Of a DNA stretch of 51,347 bases, positions 8,417 through 17,515 are shown in pieces. Origin of the DNA: an uncultured Bacteroidales bacterium (GTDB taxonomy: Bacteria > Bacteroidota > Bacteroidia > Bacteroidales > Paludibacteraceae); NCBI GenBank assembly GCA_937911935.1, contig CALDQH010000070.1, forward strand, positions 1 through 51,347. Reading direction: 5' to 3'. The notes under the pieces are model-generated. The model worked only from the letters and a program-made list of their open reading frames with translations, was not told the origin of the DNA and did no database searches. A program made the position numbers and the translations under genes. Numbering within the stretch: the stretch's first letter is position 1; each line of letters opens with the position of its first letter.

Positions 8417-9742
8417 ATGGCAAGCAAATTGTGGGAAAAGAAAACCCGAGTTGATAAAGATATAGAACGTTATACCATTGGTCGTGATGCCGAGATGGAT
8501 ATGTTTTTGGCACCATACGATGTATTGGGGTCTATGGCTCATGCTACGATGTTGGAATCGATAGGATTGCTATCGAAGCAAGATTTGAGTGAGTTGTTAA
8601 GTGGATTGAAACGAATTTATGCTGATATACAACAGGGTAAATTTGAGATAGAGGAGGGAGTTGAAGATATTCACTCACAGGTAGAAATGTTGCTTGGTGA
8701 TGTTGGTAAGAAACTACACAGCGGACGCTCGCGCAACGACCAAGTCTTGGTGGATCTGCGTTTGTTTACACGTGCTAAGTTGCAAGAGGTCGTAGAAGAA
8801 GTCAAGAATTTGTTCGATGCATTGATAGCGCAAAGCGAACGCTACAAACACGTGTTATTGCCTGGTTATACCCATCTACAAATAGCCATGCCGTCGTCAT
8901 TTGGACTTTGGTTTGGAGCTTATGCCGAAAGTTTGTTGGATGATATGCAATTGTTGCTTAGTGCCTACAAAATAGCAAATCGTAATCCATTGGGTTCGGC
9001 TGCAGGCTATGGTAATTCTTTCCCCTTAAATCGTCAGATGACAACCGATTTATTGGGATTTGATAGCATGGATTACAATGTGGTGTATGCTCAAATGGGT
9101 CGCGGAAAAACCGAACGAATTGTGGCCTCTGCCTTGGCATCGGTTGCAGGAACTATTTCTAAATTGGCATTTGATAGTTGTATGTACACCAGCCAAAACT
9201 TTGGTTTCTTAAAATTGGCGGATCAATTTACCACGGGTAGTAGCATTATGCCTCATAAGAAAAATCCTGATGTATTTGAACTAACCCGTGCAAAATGCAA
9301 TAAGTTGCAAGGTATTCCTCAACAAATCACGATGATTATCAACAACTTGCCATCGGGTTATTTCCGCGATTTGCAAATAATCAAAGAGGTTTATTTGCCC
9401 ATGTTCGACGAGATGATAGACATTTTGGTGATGACACGTAGCATGATCGAACAAATCAAGGTAAATGAAACTATTTTAGATGATAGCAAATATGACCTTA
9501 TTTTTAGTGTAGAAGAAGTAAATAAACGTACATTGGCAGGTACTCCTTTCCGCGATGCTTATAAACAGGTCGGATTGGAAATAGAAGCAGGTAATTTTAC
9601 ACCAGATAAGCAAATTGAGCATACACACGAGGGTAGTATAGGTAACTTGTGCAACGCTCAAATACAAGCGTTGATGCAAAACGTATTGGATGGATTTACC
9701 TTTGATAAGGTAGCACTTGCACAAGAAAATTTATTGAAATAA
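8417..9742 (+). CDS. argH: Argininosuccinate lyase
   Basis: Fumarate-lyase signature GSSIMPHKKNPDVFE; 441 aa. Confidence 0.93.
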   Translation: MASKLWEKKTRVDKDIERYTIGRDAEMDMFLAPYDVLGSMAHATMLESIGLLSKQDLSELLSGLKRIYADIQQGKFEIEEGVEDIHSQVEMLLGDVGKKLHSGRSRNDQVLVDLRLFTRAKLQEVVEEVKNLFDALIAQSERYKHVLLPGYTHLQIAMPSSFGLWFGAYAESLLDDMQLLLSAYKIANRNPLGSAAGYGNSFPLNRQMTTDLLGFDSMDYNVVYAQMGRGKTERIVASALASVAGTISKLAFDSCMYTSQNFGFLKLADQFTTGSSIMPHKKNPDVFELTRAKCNKLQGIPQQITMIINNLPSGYFRDLQIIKEVYLPMFDEMIDILVMTRSMIEQIKVNETILDDSKYDLIFSVEEVNKRTLAGTPFRDAYKQVGLEIEAGNFTPDKQIEHTHEGSIGNLCNAQIQALMQNVLDGFTFDKVALAQENLLK

Positions 9743-9746
9743 AGTT

Positions 9747-10508
9747 ATGTTGTTTGATACAACCATATTTGGACCAATAAGAAGCCGTCGTTTAGGTGTT
9801 TCTTTGGGGATAAATTTGCTCCCTCAACGCGGTAAAATATGCTCGTTCGACTGCATCTATTGCGAATGCGGTTTGAATAAAGATGGGAGAGAAGATACAA
9901 CTTTGCCCACACGCGAGCAGGTACGTGCAGCCCTTGAAGAAAAGTTGGTAGCCTATAAAAATGCAGGTGGAGAGCCCATTGATACCTTTACATTTGCAGG
10001 CAATGGCGAACCTACGTTGCATCCAGAGTTCAAGGAGATTGTGTTGGATATTCAGAAACTTCGGAATCAATATTATCCAGATGCAAAAATTTCGGTGCTA
10101 ACCAATGCTTGGCAGTTGGATAAGCCTTCTGTAATGGAAGGCTTGCTTCAAGTGGACAATGCTATCTTAAAGTTAGATAGTGCTATCCCCGAAACTTTGT
10201 TGAAAATGAATCGACCCGTATCGCCAACCTTCAGTATGGAGACACTTGTTGAGCAAATGACTTCGTTTAGAGGCGAATGCATAATACAGACGATGTTTTT
10301 ACGTGGTGCAGGGGTAGATAATACAACGTCTGCAGAAATTGAGGCTTGGTTGAATGCATTAAAGCGTATTCAGCCTTCGTTAGTGCAATTGTATAGTATA
10401 AATCGGAAAGTACCCATAGAGGGCTTAGAACACGTAAGCGAAGCGGAATTAAATGCAATTGCATCTCAGGTAAAAGAAATCGGGATTAGAACTTTGGTTA
10501 CGCCGTAA
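9747..10508 (+). CDS. Small radical SAM protein of unknown function
   Basis: CSFDCIYCEC (CX3CX2C) lies directly after the conserved N-terminus FGPIRSRRLGVSLGINLLP. GNGEPTLHP is a SAM-binding motif. 253 aa. Confidence 0.75.
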   Translation: MLFDTTIFGPIRSRRLGVSLGINLLPQRGKICSFDCIYCECGLNKDGREDTTLPTREQVRAALEEKLVAYKNAGGEPIDTFTFAGNGEPTLHPEFKEIVLDIQKLRNQYYPDAKISVLTNAWQLDKPSVMEGLLQVDNAILKLDSAIPETLLKMNRPVSPTFSMETLVEQMTSFRGECIIQTMFLRGAGVDNTTSAEIEAWLNALKRIQPSLVQLYSINRKVPIEGLEHVSEAELNAIASQVKEIGIRTLVTP

Positions 10509-10518
10509 TCAATAAAGA

Positions 10519-11520
10519 ATGAAAAACGACAAGCGACAAATGACAAGCGGCAAGCAACGTATCTTGGTTTGTCCTTTGGATTGGGGGTTGGGCCATGCAA
10601 CGCGCTGCATCCCCCTTATTTATGCCTTCTTGCAACAAGGACATGATGTTGTTTTAGCAGGTTCGGGTCCGTCATTTCGGTTGTTGCAACAAGAATTTCC
10701 ACACTTAGCAGCAGTCTATTTTGAATCTTTTACCTTGCGATATTCCTCGGGCAAATCGCAGGTTTGGGCAGTTTTGAAATCATTCCCCCGACTCATAAAT
10801 CGGACGATACAAGAAAACAAGCAGTTAAAAACAATTGTTAAGCAATACGATATAACGCAGGTACTTTCTGATAATCGTTTTGGCTGCTATCATCGTTTGG
10901 TTAAGAGTATTTACCTAACGCATCAGGTTTTTATTAAATTACCTTCTTCTTTTCGTTTTTTAGAGCCACTTGTAGCTTGGTTGCATCGCAAGGTAATGGA
11001 TTGTTATGACGAGTGTTGGATTCCTGATTATCCATCTATGAAAGATAGTTTATCTGGAGAATTGTCGCATAAAAAACCATTGCCCAAGCATGCCAAATTT
11101 ATAGGCCCTTTAAGTCGTTTTCATGGTTCGGTCGATAAAATAACGAAAGATTCTTTGACTGTTGCAGTTGTCTCTGGTGTGGAACCTCAAAGAAGTTTAT
11201 TTGAGCAACAACTGTTGGATAGTTTGCAGTCTGTACAGTCGGAAGAAGTAATCCTTGTGCAAGGGATTCCAGGGCAAGATGTTAAGCCCTATATGCGTGG
11301 TAAGGTTAAGGTGTTTGCTACTATGCCGTCGGACGATTTAAAGCAATTGTTGCTGCGTGCTGAGCATATTATATGCCGTTCTGGGTATAGTTCTATTATG
11401 GATTTGCATGCCTTGGGAAAACTTTCGGCCGCCACCTTTGTTCCAACGCCAGGACAGAGCGAACAAGAATACCTGGCGTTGTATCTAAATGCTAAAAATC
11501 TCGGTGAGAACCGAAAGTGA
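10519..11520 (+). CDS. GT-B glycosyltransferase (GT28/MurG-like, UDP-glycosyltransferase family)
   Basis: N-terminal ILVCPLDWGLGHATRCIPL and C-terminal RSGYSSIMDL...VPTPGQSEQEYLA donor-binding region. The 3' end overlaps convergent recO by 36 nt. Confidence 0.65.
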   Translation: MKNDKRQMTSGKQRILVCPLDWGLGHATRCIPLIYAFLQQGHDVVLAGSGPSFRLLQQEFPHLAAVYFESFTLRYSSGKSQVWAVLKSFPRLINRTIQENKQLKTIVKQYDITQVLSDNRFGCYHRLVKSIYLTHQVFIKLPSSFRFLEPLVAWLHRKVMDCYDECWIPDYPSMKDSLSGELSHKKPLPKHAKFIGPLSRFHGSVDKITKDSLTVAVVSGVEPQRSLFEQQLLDSLQSVQSEEVILVQGIPGQDVKPYMRGKVKVFATMPSDDLKQLLLRAEHIICRSGYSSIMDLHALGKLSAATFVPTPGQSEQEYLALYLNAKNLGENRK

Positions 11521-12141
11521 TTTTAACTCTCCCATACCAGGAAGGTTATACTGATAGTAACTAAGCAGAAGTTGTAGGACCTTTCTTTTTTCAGGTAAAT
11601 TTAGCAATCCTTCGTTTGAAAGTGCAGTATGTAGCAATTGCTGGTCTGCTTTGTTTTGGTGTTTGATCCATTCGTTCTCCAATTTATCGTATGGATAAAT
11701 GCCTATGTATTTGGAATAGGTCAACAGAAATTGAATGGGGAAAAGCCCATGTGTTTGGTTATCAGATAGGTAATGTATGCTTTGCACGATAAAATGGAAC
11801 AATTCGGTGTCGGCATTGATACTTTCCAATGATTTCTGTATAACTTCTGCCATGAAGAAACAAATAGACATCCTTTGTGGGCTGTCGTATAGTTGGTACG
11901 AGACAGGATGTAGTTTGGCTTCTATGAGTTGTTGTATGTCCCTGTTTTCTCGATGATCTACCTCCATTTCTAAGATAGACATGGGTTGTAGGTGTTGCAT
12001 CTTAATCTTGGCCTGTTTGCTTTGAGGTCGATATACCGTATAACTTACTTTGCCGTAATCACGTGTAAAAATAGAGACAATGTAGGCGTTGTCTTTGTAT
12101 CGCGTGCAGTTTAATACAACTCCTTGAGTGCTGTGGTGCAT
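11485..12141 (-). CDS. recO: DNA repair protein RecO
   Basis: 218 aa. The N-terminal OB-fold region is STQGVVLNCTRYKDNAYIVSIFTRDYGKVSYTVYRP and the C-terminus ELKSLSVLTEIFS is typical of RecO. Confidence 0.75.
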   Translation of the reverse strand: MHHSTQGVVLNCTRYKDNAYIVSIFTRDYGKVSYTVYRPQSKQAKIKMQHLQPMSILEMEVDHRENRDIQQLIEAKLHPVSYQLYDSPQRMSICFFMAEVIQKSLESINADTELFHFIVQSIHYLSDNQTHGLFPIQFLLTYSKYIGIYPYDKLENEWIKHQNKADQQLLHTALSNEGLLNLPEKRKVLQLLLSYYQYNLPGMGELKSLSVLTEIFSI

Positions 12142-12143
12142 TA

Positions 12144-14264
12144 TTAGTATCGGATTACTTTGTGAATACTACAATTGTGTTGTTTGTTGTATAAATACAG
12201 CACATATACCCCCGGCTGTTCTAATGCAATGCGATCCGCCTGTTCTCCCTGGTCGATGAGTTTTCCCTGTAGGTTGTACAGTTGGAATGAGGTGAATTCA
12301 CTACCATCCCAAAAGACCTCTTGAGCAGTGGGGTTTGGATAGACCTTGGCAGTGGATTGCCCGGTTTCTGGTATAGCAGTAGGCTCTTGGTACGTAATCA
12401 CAGGTTCTATCCAAAGCGATAGATTCATCGGTTGTAGATTGTGCTGTGAGAACGGTTTCCATGTCTCATTATCTTTGTAGAATGCGTAATTTACACTTGG
12501 GATAGCACTATACAAAGCTAACGTATCGCTATTAGAAAGGTTGTCGTATTGTACTTCGACACCAACGAAAAATTGACTCGGAACTGCCACAGGTTGGTCA
12601 AAACGAATGTAGTTTTCTTTGTTGCTCCAAGCTACTTTTATGTATCTGCCCCAATTGTTGTCGCGTGTGCAGTAAGGATAAACAGGTTTTACTAATTTCT
12701 TCGCTAACAGATTTTTTGGAGTGTCATTCCCATCGTATATACAGAGGTAAACGGGTGCATTGATGTTGTATCTGCCCATGGCAGGCATTATATAGGCTCC
12801 ATATATCCATCCATCCTGAGAAAGCGTAAACTTCTCTGCAAAAGCACTGTTCTTAAGTTGATTATGACCGCTGTAATAGCCTTGCTGGTGTTTGGGTAGA
12901 ACAATCTTATCGCCCTTGTCAATGTGCGTTAAGCGTTCACAATTTTTATTCGCATAGGGATCTATGCCTTCCATAAATGATAGTTGCGGTTGATTGGGCG
13001 ATAGCCAATTGGCTAATTGCTTGGAGTAATCCTGGTGATGATTCCATGCTGTATCCAATCGGGCGTAATAGTCGTTGGATGGATTAAGGCATGTAGAGCT
13101 ACCACCTGTTAGTGCACCGATGATAAGCCCATTTTTTTCAAATAGGGGAGAACCAGAAGAACCAGCCTCTGTTGTCCCTTTGCTCCATCGATTGATATAC
13201 CACCAGCCATTTTTGATTTGATCGGGAAGGTAACCCGGGTAGTTGCTAATGGTAGGAGTGTGGTTTAGGTAACTCATCTTTTTGCTGTCGCCAGCAGGAT
13301 GCTGGATGCTAATAAAAGGAGGCTGAGGTGTTTTACTACGTGTCCAACCAGCAAGATATACGCGGTAATCTTTCGGTGGCATTTGATTGAGTTCCAAAAG
13401 TGCCATGTCTATATCGGTAGCCCATGCCTTTGCCGAACTACCAGCAATGGTAAATTCTTCGCTGCCTCGGATGGTGCTGTCTTGGGCTGTTACGGCATAA
13501 TTAAAGTAAAAGATGGTGCGCGTTGCATCGTCTATTGCTTTTAAATTGTGCGCCGCTGTATAGATGTATGGTTTCCCTTCTGTGTTGTTAATTAAACATC
13601 CGCTGGCAAAATAAGAGTTGTTTTTAGAAACTACGTAAAGCAGGCAGACTGCTTGTTTTTGTTGCTGTAGATCGTTTGTAAAGTTGGCATGCGGACTACA
13701 TGAATTGGATACGTTAAAATCGGCAGTAGCCCGATTATGTGCGATGCGTTCAATTCGAAACGAACCCGAAAAAGGAGCATCCAAGGGCTCTTGGTACTCG
13801 ATAATAAGACTATCACCAGGTAGCGGTCTGATAGGAAGTATGCCTTGGCTGTTGAGGTTTATCGAACCAAAGGCCCCCAATACCTGTGTTTGGGTAGGAT
13901 TGTAAACTAAAAATTTAGCCTCTTCTGGAATGTCTATTTGATCTAATACCAAGCTAATGGAGGCAGCTCCGCTTGAAACAATTCCCATGCGCCAAATACG
14001 TAGGTTATTATCTAATGTTTCCCATGTTCCGTGTTTGTCGGGGGTAAAGTCAAAATGCCCTACATTACCTACTATTTTTTGACGTGAATGATTGTCGAGG
14101 TTTTGCGTTGTGTCTATTTTGATGCTTGTATAAAAGGAAGAAACCGATCGCAATCGTGAGTATGTCTGGGTTGGCATAGGGGTTGGAAACCCTTCGCTCT
14201 CAATTTGAGCTACCGCATGCAAGCATAACAAAAAACATACAAGAATGTAGCATGTTCGTTTCAT
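12144..14264 (-). CDS. Secreted trypsin-fold (S1, lysyl-endopeptidase-like) serine protease with a T9SS C-terminal sorting domain
   Basis: Signal peptide MKRTCYILVCFLLCLHAVAQ. Catalytic His context is IYTAAHNL and catalytic Ser context is EAGSSGSPLF. The C-terminal ~75 aa (KVYPNPTAQEVFW...VYVLYLY...HKVIRY) look like a type A T9SS CTD. Confidence 0.75.
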   Translation of the reverse strand: MKRTCYILVCFLLCLHAVAQIESEGFPTPMPTQTYSRLRSVSSFYTSIKIDTTQNLDNHSRQKIVGNVGHFDFTPDKHGTWETLDNNLRIWRMGIVSSGAASISLVLDQIDIPEEAKFLVYNPTQTQVLGAFGSINLNSQGILPIRPLPGDSLIIEYQEPLDAPFSGSFRIERIAHNRATADFNVSNSCSPHANFTNDLQQQKQAVCLLYVVSKNNSYFASGCLINNTEGKPYIYTAAHNLKAIDDATRTIFYFNYAVTAQDSTIRGSEEFTIAGSSAKAWATDIDMALLELNQMPPKDYRVYLAGWTRSKTPQPPFISIQHPAGDSKKMSYLNHTPTISNYPGYLPDQIKNGWWYINRWSKGTTEAGSSGSPLFEKNGLIIGALTGGSSTCLNPSNDYYARLDTAWNHHQDYSKQLANWLSPNQPQLSFMEGIDPYANKNCERLTHIDKGDKIVLPKHQQGYYSGHNQLKNSAFAEKFTLSQDGWIYGAYIMPAMGRYNINAPVYLCIYDGNDTPKNLLAKKLVKPVYPYCTRDNNWGRYIKVAWSNKENYIRFDQPVAVPSQFFVGVEVQYDNLSNSDTLALYSAIPSVNYAFYKDNETWKPFSQHNLQPMNLSLWIEPVITYQEPTAIPETGQSTAKVYPNPTAQEVFWDGSEFTSFQLYNLQGKLIDQGEQADRIALEQPGVYVLYLYNKQHNCSIHKVIRY

Positions 14265-14887
14265 GGTAGGTAGGATTTTTGAAGAATGAGGATAGATTCA
14301 TTCCCCATGTTAAAAAGCAAGTCCAAAATACTTAAGTTAGGGATAAAACCAAACTTGTCTGCAAATACTTGGTAGTATGAGATAGGTTTAAAATGGGGGT
14401 CTTCGCATTCTTTTTTGGTTAGTATGCAGTTTCTGTAATCGCAAGAAGAACCCTTCTCTATATATTGAGTGCTTTGTTTTAGCGTAGGTTGGATGCCAAT
14501 AAGCTCACATATACATTGCGTTAATGCCTCGTTAAAATCGACCAAATAAGTGTATTCGTCCTTGTAAAAAGGACGAATATCGTCTTCGTAATACATAAAA
14601 AATGGGCTGTGTCGATAGGCGGATTCTAAAGCTCCCCAATGTAGTTTTTGCCATCCATTGTTTAGAATCTTAATGTCCTTATCAAGGGTTTTGTTGCCGT
14701 TGGACTTAAGAACGGGAATAATCAAATCCATGGGCCCATTGGCAGTCGCGATGCGGCATCTGTTTCGATAGGTTTGTTTTTCGTAGTGTTGATACACATC
14801 CGTAGTAAGGCTTGGGTAATGTGCGAATTTGCTAAAATATTGTACATTACCGGCATAAAAGGATGTTATGATTGGAGCCTGAATCAT
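14261..14887 (-). CDS. WbqC-family protein (function unknown)
   Basis: 208 aa with WbqC-like N-terminus and YEKQTYRNRCRIATANGPMDLIIPV. ATGA overlaps occur at both ends (with lepB and the protease gene). Confidence 0.65.
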   Translation of the reverse strand: MIQAPIITSFYAGNVQYFSKFAHYPSLTTDVYQHYEKQTYRNRCRIATANGPMDLIIPVLKSNGNKTLDKDIKILNNGWQKLHWGALESAYRHSPFFMYYEDDIRPFYKDEYTYLVDFNEALTQCICELIGIQPTLKQSTQYIEKGSSCDYRNCILTKKECEDPHFKPISYYQVFADKFGFIPNLSILDLLFNMGNESILILQKSYLP

Positions 14888-16281
14888 TTTATATTATCAA
14901 CCCAACTAAACAATCGACTCCACCTGATGGACTTAAAGAATGGTTGATCTTTGTCGATGGACAACCATACAAAAAGTGGTTTGCCAACGATGTGGTCTTC
15001 TGGAACGTATCCCCAATAGCGTGAATCCTCTGAATTGTGTCGATTGTCGCCCATCATCCAATAATAATTCATTTTGAAGGTGTATTGGTTGGCTACTTGT
15101 CCGTTGATGTAAATGGTACTGTCTTTTACTTGTAAATCATTGCCTTCGTACACGCGGATGATACGTTCGTAAAGTGGTAGATTCTGCAAAGTAAGTTCTG
15201 TGGTACATCCTTTGCGTGGAATATAGATAGGACCATAGTTGTCGCGTTCCCAATTGTCGTATGCTTGTGGAAAGACTTTGCTTGAGAATAGGTTTGGATC
15301 GTCTATAACAGATACAACTTGTGGAAGTCCTTTGATTTTTTGGCAAGCACTCGCCGTTAATGGCAAGTAATAAACAGGGGGATAAACTCCATTTATGGGG
15401 CTAAAATCCATGTATTGCAAAATGGCGTTTCCATCTCTCCAGGTATTGATTAGGTGTCTATCGTCGTTGCTGATGCCTAGCATGTCGAATTGCTTATCGC
15501 TAATGGCACGCCCGTCGGTGCATACCAAATAATTGAATTGAACGCCTTTAGGCTCATCTTGGGCTTCTCCGTTGATGTAGATATGCTTGTTGATAATTTG
15601 TAGCGTATCGCCAGGCAATCCTACGCAGCGTTTCACGTAATTTTCACGACGATCGACTGGACGCCATACGATTTCGCCAAATTGTTCGGGATGTTTAAGT
15701 ATGGTCTCTCTTCCATATCGACTGCATAGTTGATAATAGTCTGGATTGGGTACTAACGAAGCCACGGTATCACCTGCTGGAAAGTTGAATACCACGATGT
15801 CTAATGATTTAATGGTGTCTATGCCTGCTAAGCGGCGATAGTTCCATTGTATAGCGGTACTATATGATTTTCCTCCCCATGGAAAGGTATGTTGAACCAA
15901 GGGCATTGAGAGTGGGGTCATAGGGACACGAGGACCATAATGCATTTTGCTAACCAACAAGTAATCGCCTACCAATAGTGATTTCTCTAATGACGAAGAG
16001 GGGATCTGGTAATTTTGGAAAGCGTAATTGTTGATGAAATAAACCGCTATGAGTGCAAACACGATGGCATCTATCCAACTTAATAGGCTGTATAGATATG
16101 GATTTTTTACTCTTTTCCAAAAAGTCCAAGGGATAAACTTGGTAAGGTAGATGTCTGCAATTATGGGTAGTAGAAAGAGCCACCAATAATTACCTACCCA
16201 TACAATGAATAAAATATAGGAGATACAAGCGATAGCGGCTTTAATCCATTGTTTGGTGGGTATATCTTTGAATGCAATCAT
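14884..16281 (-). CDS. lepB: Signal peptidase I (long Bacteroidota form)
   Basis: Catalytic Ser box IPSSSLEKSLLVGDYLLVSK and box E GDNRHNSEDSRYWGYVP. N-terminal TM helices are present. Confidence 0.88.
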   Translation of the reverse strand: MIAFKDIPTKQWIKAAIACISYILFIVWVGNYWWLFLLPIIADIYLTKFIPWTFWKRVKNPYLYSLLSWIDAIVFALIAVYFINNYAFQNYQIPSSSLEKSLLVGDYLLVSKMHYGPRVPMTPLSMPLVQHTFPWGGKSYSTAIQWNYRRLAGIDTIKSLDIVVFNFPAGDTVASLVPNPDYYQLCSRYGRETILKHPEQFGEIVWRPVDRRENYVKRCVGLPGDTLQIINKHIYINGEAQDEPKGVQFNYLVCTDGRAISDKQFDMLGISNDDRHLINTWRDGNAILQYMDFSPINGVYPPVYYLPLTASACQKIKGLPQVVSVIDDPNLFSSKVFPQAYDNWERDNYGPIYIPRKGCTTELTLQNLPLYERIIRVYEGNDLQVKDSTIYINGQVANQYTFKMNYYWMMGDNRHNSEDSRYWGYVPEDHIVGKPLFVWLSIDKDQPFFKSIRWSRLFSWVDNIK

Positions 16282-16297
16282 AAAATACCAGTAATAA

Positions 16298-17017
16298 TTA
16301 GAATTTTAACATGTCTTTCATGCCTAAGCAACCTTTTTTGCCGCATGCAAACTCGGCAGCAAGAACAGCTCCTAAAGCAAAACCGTTGCGGTTTTTGGCA
16401 TCGTGAGTAATGGTAATATAATCAAAATCAGACTCGTATTGGATGGTATGAATACCAGGAACCATGCCTTCGCGAATGGCTTTAATGGTTAAAGTTGGAT
16501 CTTGTGCCTTTCCTTCGCCCAATGCCCATTCTGTTTTTCGTTCGATGTTGTTTAAAATACCTTCGGCAAGGGTAATGGCAGTTCCGCTTGGAGCATCTAA
16601 TTTTTGTGTGTGGTGAGTCTCCTCCATGCCTACTTGGTATGTAGGGAATTGATTCATGATACGAGCCAAATACTCATTAACAGCAAAAAAGATGTTCACG
16701 CCAAGGCTAAAGTTGGATGCCCAAAAGAATGCCAATCTTTTTTCTTCGCAAAGAGCCTTAATTTCGGGCATTTGTTCGGTCCAACCCGTGGTGCCAGATA
16801 CAACAGAAACACCAGCTTGAAAGGCTTTTTTGTAGTTTTGAACAGCTACTTTGGGAGCTGTAAATTCAATGGCAATATCAGCGCTTTTAAAGGCCTGAGA
16901 ATTAAAATCTTCTTGGTTGTCAATATCGATGCGGCTAACGATTTCGTGTCCGCGACTAAGGGCAATTTGTTCGATGATTTTGCCCATTTTTCCGTATCCA
17001 ATTAATGCTATTTTCAT
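16298..17017 (-). CDS. dapB: 4-hydroxy-tetrahydrodipicolinate reductase
   Basis: MKIALIGYGKMGK NAD(P) fold and the EETHHTQKLDAPSGTA signature. Confidence 0.92.
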   Translation of the reverse strand: MKIALIGYGKMGKIIEQIALSRGHEIVSRIDIDNQEDFNSQAFKSADIAIEFTAPKVAVQNYKKAFQAGVSVVSGTTGWTEQMPEIKALCEEKRLAFFWASNFSLGVNIFFAVNEYLARIMNQFPTYQVGMEETHHTQKLDAPSGTAITLAEGILNNIERKTEWALGEGKAQDPTLTIKAIREGMVPGIHTIQYESDFDYITITHDAKNRNGFALGAVLAAEFACGKKGCLGMKDMLKF

Positions 17018-17059
17018 GGGTTATGGTGTTTTGATCTTTTTTATAAAGTGTTAGGCAGA

Positions 17060-17067
17060 CAAAAATA
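17060..17067 (-). promoter_or_regulatory. Candidate -7 box (TATTTTTG) for the dapB-lepB-wbqC-protease-recO operon
   Basis: The minus strand reads TATTTTTG, 42 nt upstream of the dapB ATG. A TTTG lies 24 nt further upstream, a spacer slightly longer than consensus. Confidence 0.4.
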
Positions 17068-17129
17068 CGAATTATCTGTGTAAAAAACGAACAAAATAAA
17101 GAAAACAGGATATAGAAGCAGCAGTGGGG

Positions 17130-17161
17130 TTTGTCTTTTCTAAAAACTTATCCTAATTTTG
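17130..17161 (+). promoter_or_regulatory. Well-formed Bacteroidota promoter (-33 TTTG, 20-nt spacer, -7 TAATTTTG) for the zinc-ribbon mini-gene
   Basis: TTTG at 17130-17133 and TAATTTTG at 17154-17161, with spacing as in the Bacteroides consensus. The ATG at 17192 is 30 nt downstream. The track's TTG start at 17159 lies inside the -7 box and is therefore unlikely. Confidence 0.55.
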
Positions 17162-17191
17162 TGTCTCAAAATAGGTAAATATAAAGATTTT

Positions 17192-17515
17192 ATGGAGGAT
17201 AAAAATAAACCACCGTATGGACCACGTCCCGTATATCCAACTCCTCGACTTAATTGTTTGGTAAAGCGTCCCGAAAACACACCCGTTTGTGTAAAATGCG
17301 GTGCTTGTTTGTCGGGCAAATTGCAACAATCAACCCAGTTTACTTGCGATCATTGTGGACGAAAGTTTAATATGTGCCGCGACTGCGGACGCGATGCGTT
17401 CTGTCCTGAATGTGGTGGCTGGTTGTTGAATAGCTGGGAAGCAGCAGGCAAATGGTTAGTACGCATGCAAACCAATCCTCAAGAAGAGAGAAAACATAAA
17501 CGGGAACACCTGTAG
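17192..17515 (+). CDS. Small Cys-rich double zinc-ribbon protein (107 aa), function unknown
   Basis: Four CxxC pairs: CVKCGAC, CDHC, CRDC and CPEC. It has a Pro-rich N-terminus and a basic C-terminal tail (EERKHKREHL), and its own promoter. Confidence 0.6.
   Translation: MEDKNKPPYGPRPVYPTPRLNCLVKRPENTPVCVKCGACLSGKLQQSTQFTCDHCGRKFNMCRDCGRDAFCPECGGWLLNSWEAAGKWLVRMQTNPQEERKHKREHL

Noticed and set aside
16604-17005. 133-aa ORF antisense to dapB. Similar antisense ORFs occur at 6407-6844 (rluD), 22314-22748 (TonB receptor), 24489-24932 (lpxK 5' end), 30171-31019 (ftsH) and 29586-29960
   Set aside because: All lie fully within well-supported genes on the other strand and have no motifs or independent signals.
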